A model generated the notes under the pieces. The model was given only the letters and a program-made list of their open reading frames with translations, was not told where the DNA came from and made no database searches. From Pristiophorus japonicus (lineage: Eukaryota): 64,000 bases of DNA. A program made the translations under genes and the position numbers. Positions 1 through 11,400 of this stretch are shown piece by piece (position 1 is the stretch's first letter; every line of letters starts with the position of its first letter). The stretch lies in the NCBI RefSeq assembly GCF_044704955.1, contig NC_091994.1, positions 12,400,001-12,464,000 on the forward strand, given 5' to 3'.

Positions 1-1620
1 ATTCAACTGGGGAGATGATGTCTTCCCTCAGCAGGCGGTCCAATTCGCCTTCTATCTTTTCCCGCATCACGTACGGCACCGCTCTGGCCTTGTGGTGTAC
101 TGTCCTGGCGTCCAGGTTTATGTGAATCACTGCCATGGTCCCCATGAAAGTGCTGATGCCAGGTTGAAATAATGAGTCAAATTTGTCCAGGACCTGTGAG
201 CATGATACTCGCTCCACAGAAGAAATTGCATTGACATCGCCCCATTTCCAGTTCATGACAGCAAGCCAACTCCTCCCCAGTAGTGCGGGACCGTCCCCTG
301 GGACAATCCAGAGTGTCAACCTGTTCTCTGAATCTTTGTGGGTCACGACTACCGTGGCGCTGCCTAGCACCAAAATGATCTCCTTTGTATATGTCCGTAG
401 CTATGCGTCAATCAGCAATAATTTTGGCCTCCTGGCCTTGGACACCCACAACCTTTCAAACTGTTTGATACTCATCAGGGACTGGCTGACCCCCGTGTCT
501 AGCTCCATTAATACTGGGGTGTCATTGAGGAGCACTTTCATCATTATCGGTGGCATCCTGGTATATGAACTGTATATGTGCTCCACATGAACTCGCCGAA
601 CTTCAGCTTCCAGCGATTTCCCCCGGTATTCATTTGGCCTCGTAGGGCTTACATCGGGCCTGTCCTCCTCGTACATCAACCTGGCTGCAGGCTTCCTGCG
701 CATATGTGCCAAGTGACCGCTGACGTTGCAGTTTCTGCAGGTAGATTGCTGATACCTGCAAGCTCTGGCTGGGTGTTTGCCTCCACACCTGCAGCATGAG
801 CTGGAGGCCCCATTTTTGGAAACAAAAGGTCCATTACCAGTCGATCGTCTCTGACTGTCTGTATCTGTCCTTAAGCGCACCATTAACAGGTGTTGATGGC
901 CCCATTACTGCCCGCATTGTCCATTGCGATGGCATGAGTCGCCGTTCAGCTAGCCATTGTCTCTGTTGAGTTCCCTCTTTGGGTTCGACTACATGCTGGG
1001 GCATGTCCGATTGCCCTTGTCTGCCTAGAGAACTGTGTGCCGTGTTAACAATGTTGACTCCCTGGTCGTTTGCCACATTTGAGCCAAGATTTTTGTCATA
1101 CATCATTCTGGTCTCTTCCTCCCCTGAGATAAATGTCTGGGCTATCAGAGCCGCCGCTTCCAAGGTCAAGTCTTTGGTCTCAATCAGTTTCCTGAAAACC
1201 CCAGTGTGCCCGATGCGCTCAATAAAAAAGTCTCGCAGCATCTCCGCTCTGCATACATCTGTGAACTTACATAGGCTCGCCAGTCGCCGGAGATCTGCCA
1301 CGAACGCTTTGCCCTTCTCGCTGCCGGTGCGTGTAAAACCGGTGTCTCGCCATGTGCATGCTGCTCGCCGGTTTAAGGTGTTCCTCAATCAACTTACTGA
1401 GCTCTTCGAATGTCTTGTCTGCCGGCTTCTCTGGCGCTAGAAGGTCCTTCACCAGGGAGTACGTTCTGGATCCACAAACCGTCAGGAGATGAGCCCTGTG
1501 TATGTCGACCGAATCCTGTCCCAACCATTCCTTAGTGACAAAACTTTGCTGTAGTCTCTCAATAAAGTCGTCCCAATCATCACCAACACAGTACCTCTCG
1601 TCTGTGCTGCTAGTGGCCAT
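1..1620 (-). pseudogene. Frameshifted gag-protease-(RT) of Gypsy element
   Basis: ORF track pieces 1267-1743, 834-1388 and 401-883 (-) are consecutive gag, gag C-terminal and knuckle/protease fragments in different frames. Confidence 0.88.
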
Positions 1621-1656
1621 GCTAGCGTGGTTTAAATCCCAGTTTCTCGTCACCAA

Positions 1657-1889
1657 TGATATGTCCTTATTATACAGTATAAATGCACACGAGGCCCAAA
1701 ATTGAGAGAAGGTCACTCTGTGACCAGTTACCTTGATTACCAAGACCTCAAGTGATGAAGGTGGGTGGAGCTTCCCCTTTTATGCCTGAAAGTCCAGGTT
1801 AGGAGTGTCTCCCTTGTGGTCAATGTTCTCAAGGTGTACAACTTAGGTCAGCTTATACATGGGTTACAATGATAGTTGAATACATGACA
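1657..1889 (-). repeat. 5' LTR of the Gypsy element
   Basis: TG...CA termini on minus strand, AATAA-like signal near its 3' end, followed after 1 nt by the PBS. Confidence 0.85.
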
Positions 1890-2111
1890 ATGTCCAATAA
1901 TAATTTCACGTAAATTAAAGTTAGTTATTGCCATTGTTTCTCTCCTCTTTTCTTAGTGGGTTATGCTCTCCATGAGTGCAGCTTGCTCTCCTTCGTGCCC
2001 CTTCTTCATGTCTAATCCCAGATAATGAGTGTCGGTTGTTTACTCATGCAGTATTCACCCCAGGAATCATCGTTGGTTAACACAACCCACACACACAATC
2101 CAGCAAGACTT

Positions 2112-2272
2112 ATCATAGAATCATTACAGCACAGCAGGAGGCCAGTCGGTCCATCGATCCCACGCCAGTTCTCTGTAAGAGCACTTCAACTAGTTCCACT
2201 CCCCCCCGCCTTTCCCTGTAGCCCTGCATATTTTTTTTGCTTCAGGTACTTATCCAATTGCCTTTTGAAAGC
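2112..2272 (-). mobile_element. CR1 (HER1-like) LINE 3' end fragment
   Basis: catagaatca-type tail and AGGAGGCC motif shared with the copies at 16653, 21735 and 47155. Confidence 0.7.
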
Positions 2273-2282
2273 TACCTGGATT

Positions 2283-2508
2283 TTTAAAAAACCATTCACG
2301 GGATGTGGACGTTGCCGGCAAGGCCAGAATTTATTGCCCTAATTGATCTCGAGACAGTGGAGGTGATTCGCCTTCTTGCATTGAACTGGGCCATTTCAGA
2401 GTCAACCACATTGCTGTGGGTCTGGAATCACATATAGGCCAGACCAGGTAAGGACGGCAGATTTCCTTCTCTGAGGACATTAGTGAACCAGATGGGTTTT
2501 TACAACAA
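2283..2508 (-). mobile_element. Short retroelement sharing its 3' end with the LINE at 32381/44052 (second copy ~3810-4085)
   Basis: GGGATGTGG..GCAAGGCCAG.ATTTATTGCCC block plus CACATTGCTGTGG..AGGCCAGACC.GGTAAGGA.GGCAGATTTCCTTC block repeated at ~3830-4020. Confidence 0.6.
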
Positions 2509-2511
2509 TCT

Positions 2512-2925
2512 CGCTATATTGGCTCCCAGTTAAGCAACGCCTCGATTTCAAAATTCTCATCCTTGTTTTCAAATCCCTCCATGGCCTCGTCCCTCCCTAT
2601 CTCTGTAATCTCCTCCAGCCCCACAACCCCCCCGAGATGTCTGCGCTCCTCTAATTCTGCCCTCTTGAGCATCCCTGATTATAATTGGTCCAGCAGTAGT
2701 GATCGTGCTTCAGCTGGCTAGGCCCCAAGCTCTGGAATTCCCTTCCTAAATCTCTCTGCCTCTCTACCTTTCTTTTCTCCTTTAAGACGCTCCTTAAAAC
2801 CGACCACTTTGACCAAGCTTTTGGCCACCTTATGTGGCTTGGTGTCAAATTTGTGCTCCTACAATACTCCTGTGAAGCACGTTTTACTACGTTAAAGGCG
2901 CTATATAAATACAAGTTGTTGTTGT
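2512..2925 (+). mobile_element. L2 LINE 3' end
   Basis: Near-identical to 27800-27950 (TTGGCTCCC.GTTAA.CAACGCCTCGATTTCAAAATTCTCATCC); ends TATAAATACAAGTTGTTGTTG. Confidence 0.8.
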
Positions 2926-4723
2926 ACAGTGAGCAGTTTATCCAATTGCGCTCATTTTACACAATCGCTCAAACTCAAAATTACACCCAATTACTTTTGG
3001 TTTCTAAATGCTGCTTTTCACCCTGTCCTAAGTATTTAGAAATTCCATGTTCACAATATGTTTTCCCCAAGAGGAAATTGCTCCATGTAAATAAGGCTTA
3101 TGTAAATGCCCCCTGCAGAGAAAATGGATTGTTTTTATTTACAATTGGGTGGTTTGACACAGAACCTGAGTAACTAGCTGTCTTCCTGATATTGATTTCT
3201 GTTCCGCAAGCCTTCAACTGTGCATCTGAATAATATTGAAATCAGTTGTGACTCCTGCTTAAAAAAAATCCATCCTAATATCTTTAGCGCAGCCTGGGCT
3301 ACTGACGTTAGGAAACAAAAGGCTTATACTATGCCAGCCTGTTGGAAAACTGATGAAGAATTAGCTTTGATGCTGTGTCAAGTCCATCACAGACGGGTTT
3401 ATTAGGCTCAGTCGCTTCGACAGGCCCAGTAAATTACCCTGGCCGTGTGACAGAATTGTAAAGTGAGTAATGTCAATGCTTCCATCATTGTTTCATGAAG
3501 CATCTTACCATGAACACTTTGCAAAATTGAAACGCCGTGTCTTCCTGTTTCAGTGCACTACATCGACAAAATATTTAAATTCGTGTGTATAGCGAAGACT
3601 TCCGATGAGTTATGAGGTGACTTCTTGTCATACTACAGACATCATATGCCCTTTGGCTTGCTAAGTGGAATGCCATGCGAGATCTGCTAGAATTGTTTTT
3701 TTTTTAAAGATTTGATGTGGCCTGGTGATATGCCACACTGACATCAAGGGGCCACTCGTTGAATTTTGGAACCAGACAGTTGGATTTCAATGATGGCCTT
3801 CCTGGTAATTAAAAAAAATTATTTCATGCAATGTGAGCATTGCTGGCAAGGCCATATATATTGCCCATTTCTAATTGCCCTTGAGTTGCTTGCTAGACCA
3901 TTTTAGAGGGCAGTTAAGAATCAACCGCATTGCTGTGGTCATGTGTAGGCCAGACCGGGTAAGGATGGCAGATTTCCTTCCCTAAAGGGACATTAGTGAA
4001 CCAGATGGGTTTTTACGACAATCTGGTAGTTCCATGATCACTATTACTAATACTAGCTTTTTATTCCAGATTTATTTAACTAATTCCCCTTCTATCAATT
4101 ACTTTGAATCTATGCCCCCTGATTATTGACCTCTTTGCTTAGGGTAATAGATCGTTCCTATCCACTCTATTCAGGCCTCTCATAAATGGGTCAATGCCTG
4201 TGCTAAAATAACAGACAAGGGAACTATCATTCGAATGCATAAGACATTCTTTTGTTGCTATTACCAACAGTCATTTCTAACCTTTAACACACATTTCACA
4301 GGAGTCCTGTTCGTCCCCAGAACAGTTCTGTGTATATTACTCTTCTGTATCTATCTTTGTGAGATAATGCTCTCAAGTGCCCATTCTGCATGTCAGAGCC
4401 TAGAGTGTGTCAGGAAGCTAGTCGAAGATATTCAGCTATTCTGATGAGCGTGGCGCGGCCCACACATGGTCAGTTTTCACTACAGCTCACTGGTTAGCTA
4501 TCAGAATTCCTGGCCTCGATCCCTTCCTGGAGCAGTGAAATAAATGAATTAACTCAGCACAGGCCAGGCAGCTGGGCCTTTGTGACTCAGTACAGCATCA
4601 GAAGTATTTACCCACTAGACCATCAGAGGTGTCCTGGCACACAATGCAAATTACAATCACTGCCTTTCTGTGCTATTTTAAAGCTGCTGTTAACACACTC
4701 ATTGTAAAATAGCGCAGAGGCAC

Positions 4724-5369
4724 GGGCGGGATTTTCGGTTCTGCTCATTTCGGGGCGGTAATGGCGGCGGGGCGGTTAAGTTTGCGCCCAGGAACAGTTT
4801 GCACCTCAGTCAGCAAAATTCATCCACTGGGCCCTGAGTGTGGGGCGGAGCGCTAAGGGAGGTGTTACACACCACTTTTAGGGTGCAAGGCTGGCTGAGC
4901 AACTGAAGATCCGTTGCTAAGGAGCCGACCTTGGAGCGTCCTAAGAGAGGCTTCGGTGGCAAAAAAAATCGCACCTAAAAACACAACAAACATTCCCAAT
5001 ACCTTAAACACCCCACAATAACCTACATCGCAAAAATAAAACTAAACAAAACAATCTAACTTGCCTCATTCACCTCTCCCATCACACCACCGCTGGGACA
5101 GCTCTGACTGCCTGGTTTTCCAGGCGGTCCCACCACAGCGCACTACGGGGCGCTAGAGGGTGAGCGCACAACAAATTTCACCGCGCAATCGAAACCCGTG
5201 ACGTTGCATGCCGGCGCGACACTCGCGGGCAGTGCTGTTCTGCGCCCCCGCATAACCGGCAACTAATTTCCCGGTGGGGCGCTGGCCAGCCGCCCGGAAA
5301 CCATTGCCGCCTCCATTACCGCCTCTCCGGGGCATGAACAGAGGCGGCAACATGGCAAAAATCCAGCCC
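4724..5369. mobile_element. Non-autonomous DNA transposon (MITE), probably PIF/Harbinger type
   Basis: TIRs GGGCGGGATTTT / AAAATCCAGCCC, subterminal inverted GGCGGTAATGG..GCGG / CCGCCTCCATTACCGCC, CpG-rich arms with AT-rich core; flanks CAC/AAC. Confidence 0.7.
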
Positions 5370-6685
5370 AACAAGTATCAGCATCGAGCACTGCCAAGTT
5401 AGGTGCAGCATAGCCAGGTGGAGAGCAAAGCATTCTCCACCATGCTCCAACATTATGCACCATTGAGCACCCCTATTGCATTCCCACACCGAGCATCCTT
5501 TGCAAATCAGTGCAAAATTAAGAGTCATTTTGCACGGTAGCCCATGACCATAAGGTGTTAGGACCTGGAGTGTGACTGAGACCACTCAACTCATTTCCGC
5601 AGACCCTCATTAACACCAGTCGACAAAGGAGACTTTCATCCCATCAGTCGGGGTGGATTTGACCCCCGGTCCAAGAGCCAAAAGGCCAGTATCCAACACA
5701 CTGTACCATTCAGTTCCCAATCTGTAATGCTTTTACAAAATGCCTCAATCAGCTGAGAAAAGACAGACCATTATTCATTCATAGAATCGTACAGCGCAGA
5801 AGGAGGCCATTCGGCCCATCGCGTCTGTGTCTAATTTGTCCGTCTCCCCTGCTCTTTCCCTATGTCCTGCAAATGTTAACTTTTAAGTTAATACACTCAT
5901 GTATTAACTTTTGGCCAACAGATGTCGCCGATAGTATTTGATTTAAGAATTGCACTTGTGATATTTATATTGACAGACAAAAGGGTCCCCAATGTACATC
6001 AAATGTACCTTTCCCACATCAGAATGACAATCGTGCTCGGCATTAACGTCTCAAACATTTACTTTAAACACATTAGTCTGCAGCCTCAGTATTCAACCAG
6101 CAGGCGAGCTGTGTGTTGTCTCAACAGCACTGCACAATAAAAGGTCATCGCTTAATTCGGAAATAAAATCAAACTTTGTAGAGTAGTTCATTCACAAAAC
6201 GCCTTCGGCAAAGAATGGCTCTTTACAGTGTAACAGTTCCTCTCTTTCCCCTTTGTACTCCAATACTTGGCATTCTAATTGAATACCATGCTCGCAGACC
6301 AACATCCTTCAGTGTTAAATTTTCCTGACGTTTTACAGAACCAAGTTCTGCTTTTTATCACAGCCATATCGATATAACTTCTAAATAATGAGTACAGTGG
6401 ATTTAATGTGTGCAAGATTTCAGCAGAATTATGGCTCACGCATCAACTAATTAAGCAAACCACTTCTCTTTGTATCCTATTATACAAACTTTCTGATCTG
6501 GTATAACACTGACATCATAATCCTGATCCTGGCATCATATTTTCCACCAATTATGCATGCTTATACTGCTCAGCACACTGAATGTCGTCAATCTACTATC
6601 TCCTTTAAGGCACCATGCAAGGATGCTCAGCTTTCCTCCCCACAAATGGTTTCACATTGGCATAAAGTTTCCAATTCTGATTTGG

Positions 6686-7410
6686 TCTCAGCCATGGCAC
6701 TGTGGGTGGCACTGTGGGTGGCACCCTTGCCTCTGGGTCAGCAGGTTGTGGGTTCAAGTCCCACTCCAGAAACTTAAGTACATAAATCTAGTGTGACATT
6801 CCTGTGGTGTATCTAGCACACAAATCACTGACTCCACACGGTCTGGTGTGAGTCTAACTGCTGTGACCTTCATCCTTTATTGTTCAGCTCCAGAGTGCCT
6901 CTCAGGTGTGGTGGTCAGCCTTATATAGTGCCTGTTCTAGGTACTTCCAGGTTTCCCACCACAGCGCCCTCTGTGGTGTGGCATAGTGCTTACATTACAT
7001 TTAAGGTACCAAGACGATACACACATCATTACATAACAATTCCAGTGTAGTGCTGAGGGAATGCTGCACTGTCGGAGGTGTTGTCTTTTGGCTAAGACGT
7101 TAAACCAAGTGCTCGTCTGCCCTGTCAGGTGGATGTCAAAGATCAAATGGCACTATTTCGAAGAAGAGCGGGGGAGTGATCCTGGTGTCCTGGCCAATAT
7201 TTATCACTCAATCAGCATCACTAAAACAGATTATCTTGTCATTATCGCATTGCTGTTTGTAGGAGCTTTCTGTGCAGAAATTGGCTGCTGCATTTCCCAC
7301 ATTACAACAGTGACTACACTTCAAAAAGTACTTCATTGGCTCTAAAGCACTTTGAGACATCCGGTGGCCGTGACAGGTGCTATATAAATGCAAGTCTTTC
7401 TTATCTTTCT
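6686..7410 (+). mobile_element. tRNA-headed Deu-type SINE, interrupted by a solo LTR
   Basis: B-box-like GGTTCAAGTCCC, central GCTGCACTGTCGGAGGTG...CTGGCCAATATTTATC block, tail TATATAAATGCAAGTCTTTC; many homologues in window. Confidence 0.8.
6803..7038 (-). mobile_element. Solo LTR (236 bp)
   Basis: TG...CA termini; perfect 5-bp TSD ATTCC (6798-6802 / 7039-7043); TATA-like motif and AATAAA on minus strand. Confidence 0.9.
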
Positions 7411-7586
7411 GATTCCGCGCTTCAGGAGCGAAGCCTCGACCAGTGGAGTATTGGCAGATCACGTGTAGGCGGCCCACGATTTTTCGACCTTTAAAATGAA
7501 CAGATGGAAAATTCTTGGTTTTGAACGAATTGCTGATGAATGCTGATGGTGGGCGAGACTCCACTTCAGGAGGGCATGATCGGAAT
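7411..7586. repeat. Short imperfect palindrome (MITE-like hairpin)
   Basis: Left arm ATTCCG..CTTCAGGAGCGAAGCCTCGACCA pairs with right arm TGGGCGAGACTCCACTTCAGGAG..CGGAAT; inner GATTTTTCG / GGAAAATTC. Confidence 0.55.
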
Positions 7587-7737
7587 ACTTACCATGTCAA
7601 GTACATATTTTAAAATAATTGTAATATTTCCAAAAGTGCTGCAAATTTAGTTACGGGGCAACTTAAAAGAGTATGAGCTGTAAATATGGCAAACTGCTCA
7701 TCTGAAAAAGCTGTAGACATCCTGAGTCTGTATTTGC

Positions 7738-8266
7738 AGTGTCAGCTGTGGCTCAGTGGGTAGCACACTTGTCTCAGAGCCAGAAGGTTGGGGGGTTCAA
7801 ATCCCACTCCAGGAACTTAAACACATAAATCCAGGTTAACACTCCAGTGTATAGGAAATAGGTGCAGGAGTAGGCCATTTGGCCCTTTGAGCCTGCACCA
7901 CCATTCATTGTGATCATGCCTGATCATATAGTGCATTGCTGAGGGAGTGCTGCACTGTCGGAGGTGCTGTTTGTCAGATGAGATGTTAAACCAAAGCCCT
8001 GTCTGCTTTCTCATGTGGATGTAAAAGAGCCCATGGCACTGTTTCAAAGAAGAGCAGGGGAATTATCCCCAGTGTCCTGACCAATATTTATCTGTCAATC
8101 AACATAACAAAAACAGATTATCACATTGTTGTGTGCAAAATTGGATGCTGTATTTCCCACATTATAACAGTGACTACACTCCAAAAGTACTTCTTTAGCT
8201 GTAAAGCGCTTTGAGATGTCTGGTGGTTGTGAAAGGTGCTATATAAATTCAAGTTTTTCTTTCTTT
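7738..8266 (+). mobile_element. Deu-type SINE with a small CR1 3' fragment inserted (~7850-7925)
   Basis: A-box TGGCTCAGTGG, B-box GGTTCAAATCC, same body and tail as the other copies. Confidence 0.8.
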
Positions 8267-10946
8267 TCACAAACTGGTTGTGAAACTCATGCTCGAGCAA
8301 CCCACTTTGTGGTGAGCCTGGTTAACTGCTGTCAAGTTAGCTGCTCCCTGTACTGTACCATTAAAATGTTTACGGCAATTTCTACACATGTCCACAGATT
8401 GGAAACTCCACTGGGGCTTTCTGTATTGGCCTTCAATGGGCCGACAGAATGGAGCCAGATGATAGATATAAATCAGCGGGAGCAGCATGCAGAGGTTGTT
8501 ATAACACTGCAATGCTGCAACTGAACACCAAAGGTGAAAGGGGTATTAGTGTTGTCAGTGGGGCTTATTTAATATATCAGTGGTGATATGCTGTAGGAAA
8601 ATTCGCACTTTGATGTTGTGCCAATGTGCTTCTTTGTGATAATATTAATCCAATATCTCAAATTGCTGCACTATTACCACCAGGGACAGACATGTAACTA
8701 CCAGCGCTTCATGCTAGTGTTATACAGCTCAATATGTTCGCTCCATACTCAACCCAAGCTTGGAATCTATAATTGTAATGATGGATATATTTCATTATGG
8801 ACATAGGATGCAACTTTCACTTGTCTACATTGCAACAGTGACTTCACGTCAAAAAGTATTTCATTGGCTGCAAACCGCTTGGGGACATCCGGTGGTCGTG
8901 AAAGGTGCTCTAGAAATGCAAATCTTTCTTTCTTTTTGCCCACTATTATGCTTTACTGAAGACTTCATGCCACTCGACTTTATTATAAATGGAATAAGGA
9001 GAATGAAAACAAAGTTGTGTTGTTAATGACATATATATAGTAACCAAAATTGGGGCAAGTTGGTGGCATCGACTGTTGGTGCACCCAAACGCGTATCCAT
9101 GGCGAAGCCACAGGGGTCATGCTAGGTTTGGTGGAGGGGGAGGGGAGGGAATGACCTAACTCATGCTAAAATGTTTGCCAAGGAACACACTCCCTCTACC
9201 CCGGAGTGGTTGCACCTATGGGTGTCCTAACTCATTGTACCTTGGAGAGCTAGGGTTAAGTTTTTTAAATATTTGTTATCGGGATGTGGGTGACACTAAG
9301 TGCAAGCTAGAGACCTGAGATAGTTGGCGAGTGAAGGTAAAGTTAATGTGGGGGGGGGGGGGGGACAGCTTTAATACACTCAAAATACAATATTTCATAC
9401 AGTAGGCATCAGAGCTACTTTGCTCGTACATGTCATATCAGAGGGCCTTAGCCTACCTATATGCTGATGACCGAGGACAACTCCCTCTGTAGACCCTGGC
9501 CCAAAAGGGAGCCAGTTGAAGGGGTTTCCCATCTACTGCAAGAGTATCTGCAGCTAATCTCACTTCAACATAGAGACCGCACTGCCAGTCAAGATCACCA
9601 CTTCCAGGGTTAATGCATTGGCTCACTGCATTACCAGCTGATATGTAGCCCACATGTGCTTCGGTCAGCATGGCCAACATTTTAATCTCCTTTTCCACGA
9701 TGAGTAGGACACAGCTGGCTGACCTTGCTGTATTTCCCACAATGTAAGGATTCAGTAGTGGCAGTCATGTGGCCAACTGGCTCTGCCACCACTGGCTCCT
9801 CCTCACCTCTATGCACTGTCCCACCCAGTGCCCATTAACTGCATCCTCTGGAATGTGTTTCGCAGTGCTGGTGCTTGCAAACCTCGGTGGTAGAGGTGTA
9901 GGGTGGTGTGTTGTGCTGTCTTGTTCACATACTGCTCCTCCCACAGCAGTAACAACACATTGCATTTATATAGCGTCTTGGACATAGAAAAACATCCCAA
10001 AGTGCTTCACAGGAGCGTATATAGACACAGTTGACGCTAGGCCAAAGGGGTGACTAAAAGCTTCATCACAGGTGGGTTTTAAGGAAGGTCTTTAAGGAGG
10101 AAAGGGAGGAAGGGAATTCCTGAGCATGGGTTCTAGGCAACTGAAGGCGAGGCCTACCAGGACAGAAAAGGAACAAATATTAGAATTCTGGTGCAAAGAC
10201 ACTGCGTCCAACCAAGCATGCATTGCAAGATACTCTGTGCGATGTTTGTGTTGTTGTAGGTATGCCCGGTGGAAATGAGAAGGAGCACAAGAAATATCAG
10301 CAGATGGTTCTAGTCCTATGCTTGGGAAAACCTGTGAGTCCACCCTAACATATTTCTTTCATGTGCCAGGAGGACCAGGGTAGCCTCATCCATGGGAGCA
10401 AAGGGACCATAATTTCTGAGCCTTCTTCCAGCCCAGGCCTTCTGTTTAAGTGTTATCTTGTCACGGAATTAGAGCAACAATCTTGAGATATTGGAAGATG
10501 AAGGAGCACATACACGGTGACAGATGTGGCCAACCTGCAGCAACCACATATCGTGCAGCTGTCGTGTTCAAATCATTTTTATGTGAAGCCCTTTGGGAAG
10601 ATATCAGTACGCCAATTGCAAGTTGCTACTCGAATGTATCTTGTTGAAGTTTTGGTACGCAATGGATGCAACGAAGGTTGTGTGACGTCTTAGCATGGGG
10701 TCAGCAGTTAAAACGGAACAGGTTGACTGGCAAAACTTTGTAGCATGTAATCTGGGGGCATTCAATGTAGCACATGGTACTGTTTGGTAACCATACCCTG
10801 CCAGGTTTCCGAAAGTGTGACCATTTCTTCAGCATCGACAGAACATGGCCGCCATGACCTGGCAGGAAGAGTGTGCCACGATGGTGCCAAGCATGCCAAT
10901 GTTCCTCACACCCATCTCATGGAGCAGCACTTTCACTTCACCAGCC

Positions 10947-11260
10947 ATCAACAACAACAACTTGCATTTTTATAGCGCTTTTAACACAGTAAAATGATCC
11001 ATGGCCCTTCACAGGAGCATTATCAAATAAAAAATTAGGAAAAGCGTGGTCAAAGAGGTAGGTTTGAAGGAGCCTCTTAAAGGAAGAGAGGTGGAATGGT
11101 TTAGGAAGGGAATTCCAGGGCTTGGGGCCGAGGTATCTGAAGGCATGGCCACCAATGGTGGAGCAATGAAAATTGGGGATGCGAAAGAAGTTAGAATTGG
11201 AGGAACGCAGATGGCTCAGAGGATTGTAGGGCTGGAGGAGGTTACAGAGATAGGGAGGGA
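10947..11260 (-). mobile_element. L2 LINE 3' end (similar older piece at ~9950-10160)
   Basis: CAACAACAACTTGCATTT.TATAGCG = reverse complement of the L2 tail at 2900-2925. Confidence 0.7.
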
Positions 11261-11400
11261 TGAACAGAAGATTAGGTTAACTCCCTGTCACTGATTCTGA
11301 TAATAGCCTCTACATTGGGCCTTCCCTTACTTTTTGGTTGTTACTTCCTTCCTCCTCATACAGCCTTTGTAAAAACTTCCACATTGTTCGTATCAATTTT

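Larger units (their letters stand above)
1..1889 (-). mobile_element. Ty3/Gypsy (Mag-like) LTR retrotransposon, 5' part; continues beyond window start
   Basis: Minus strand: LTR TGTCATG...ATATCA (1889-1657), PBS TGGTGACGAG (1655-1646), gag start MATSSTDERYCVGDDWDDFIERLQQSF (ATG 1620), Zn-knuckles CCRCGGKH/CRNCNVSGH, protease MELDTG, start of RT region near position 1; split across frames. Confidence 0.93.

Noticed and set aside
9453-10945. Possible decayed Harbinger coding sequence
   Set aside because: Only faint resemblance; too weak to annotate without a profile search
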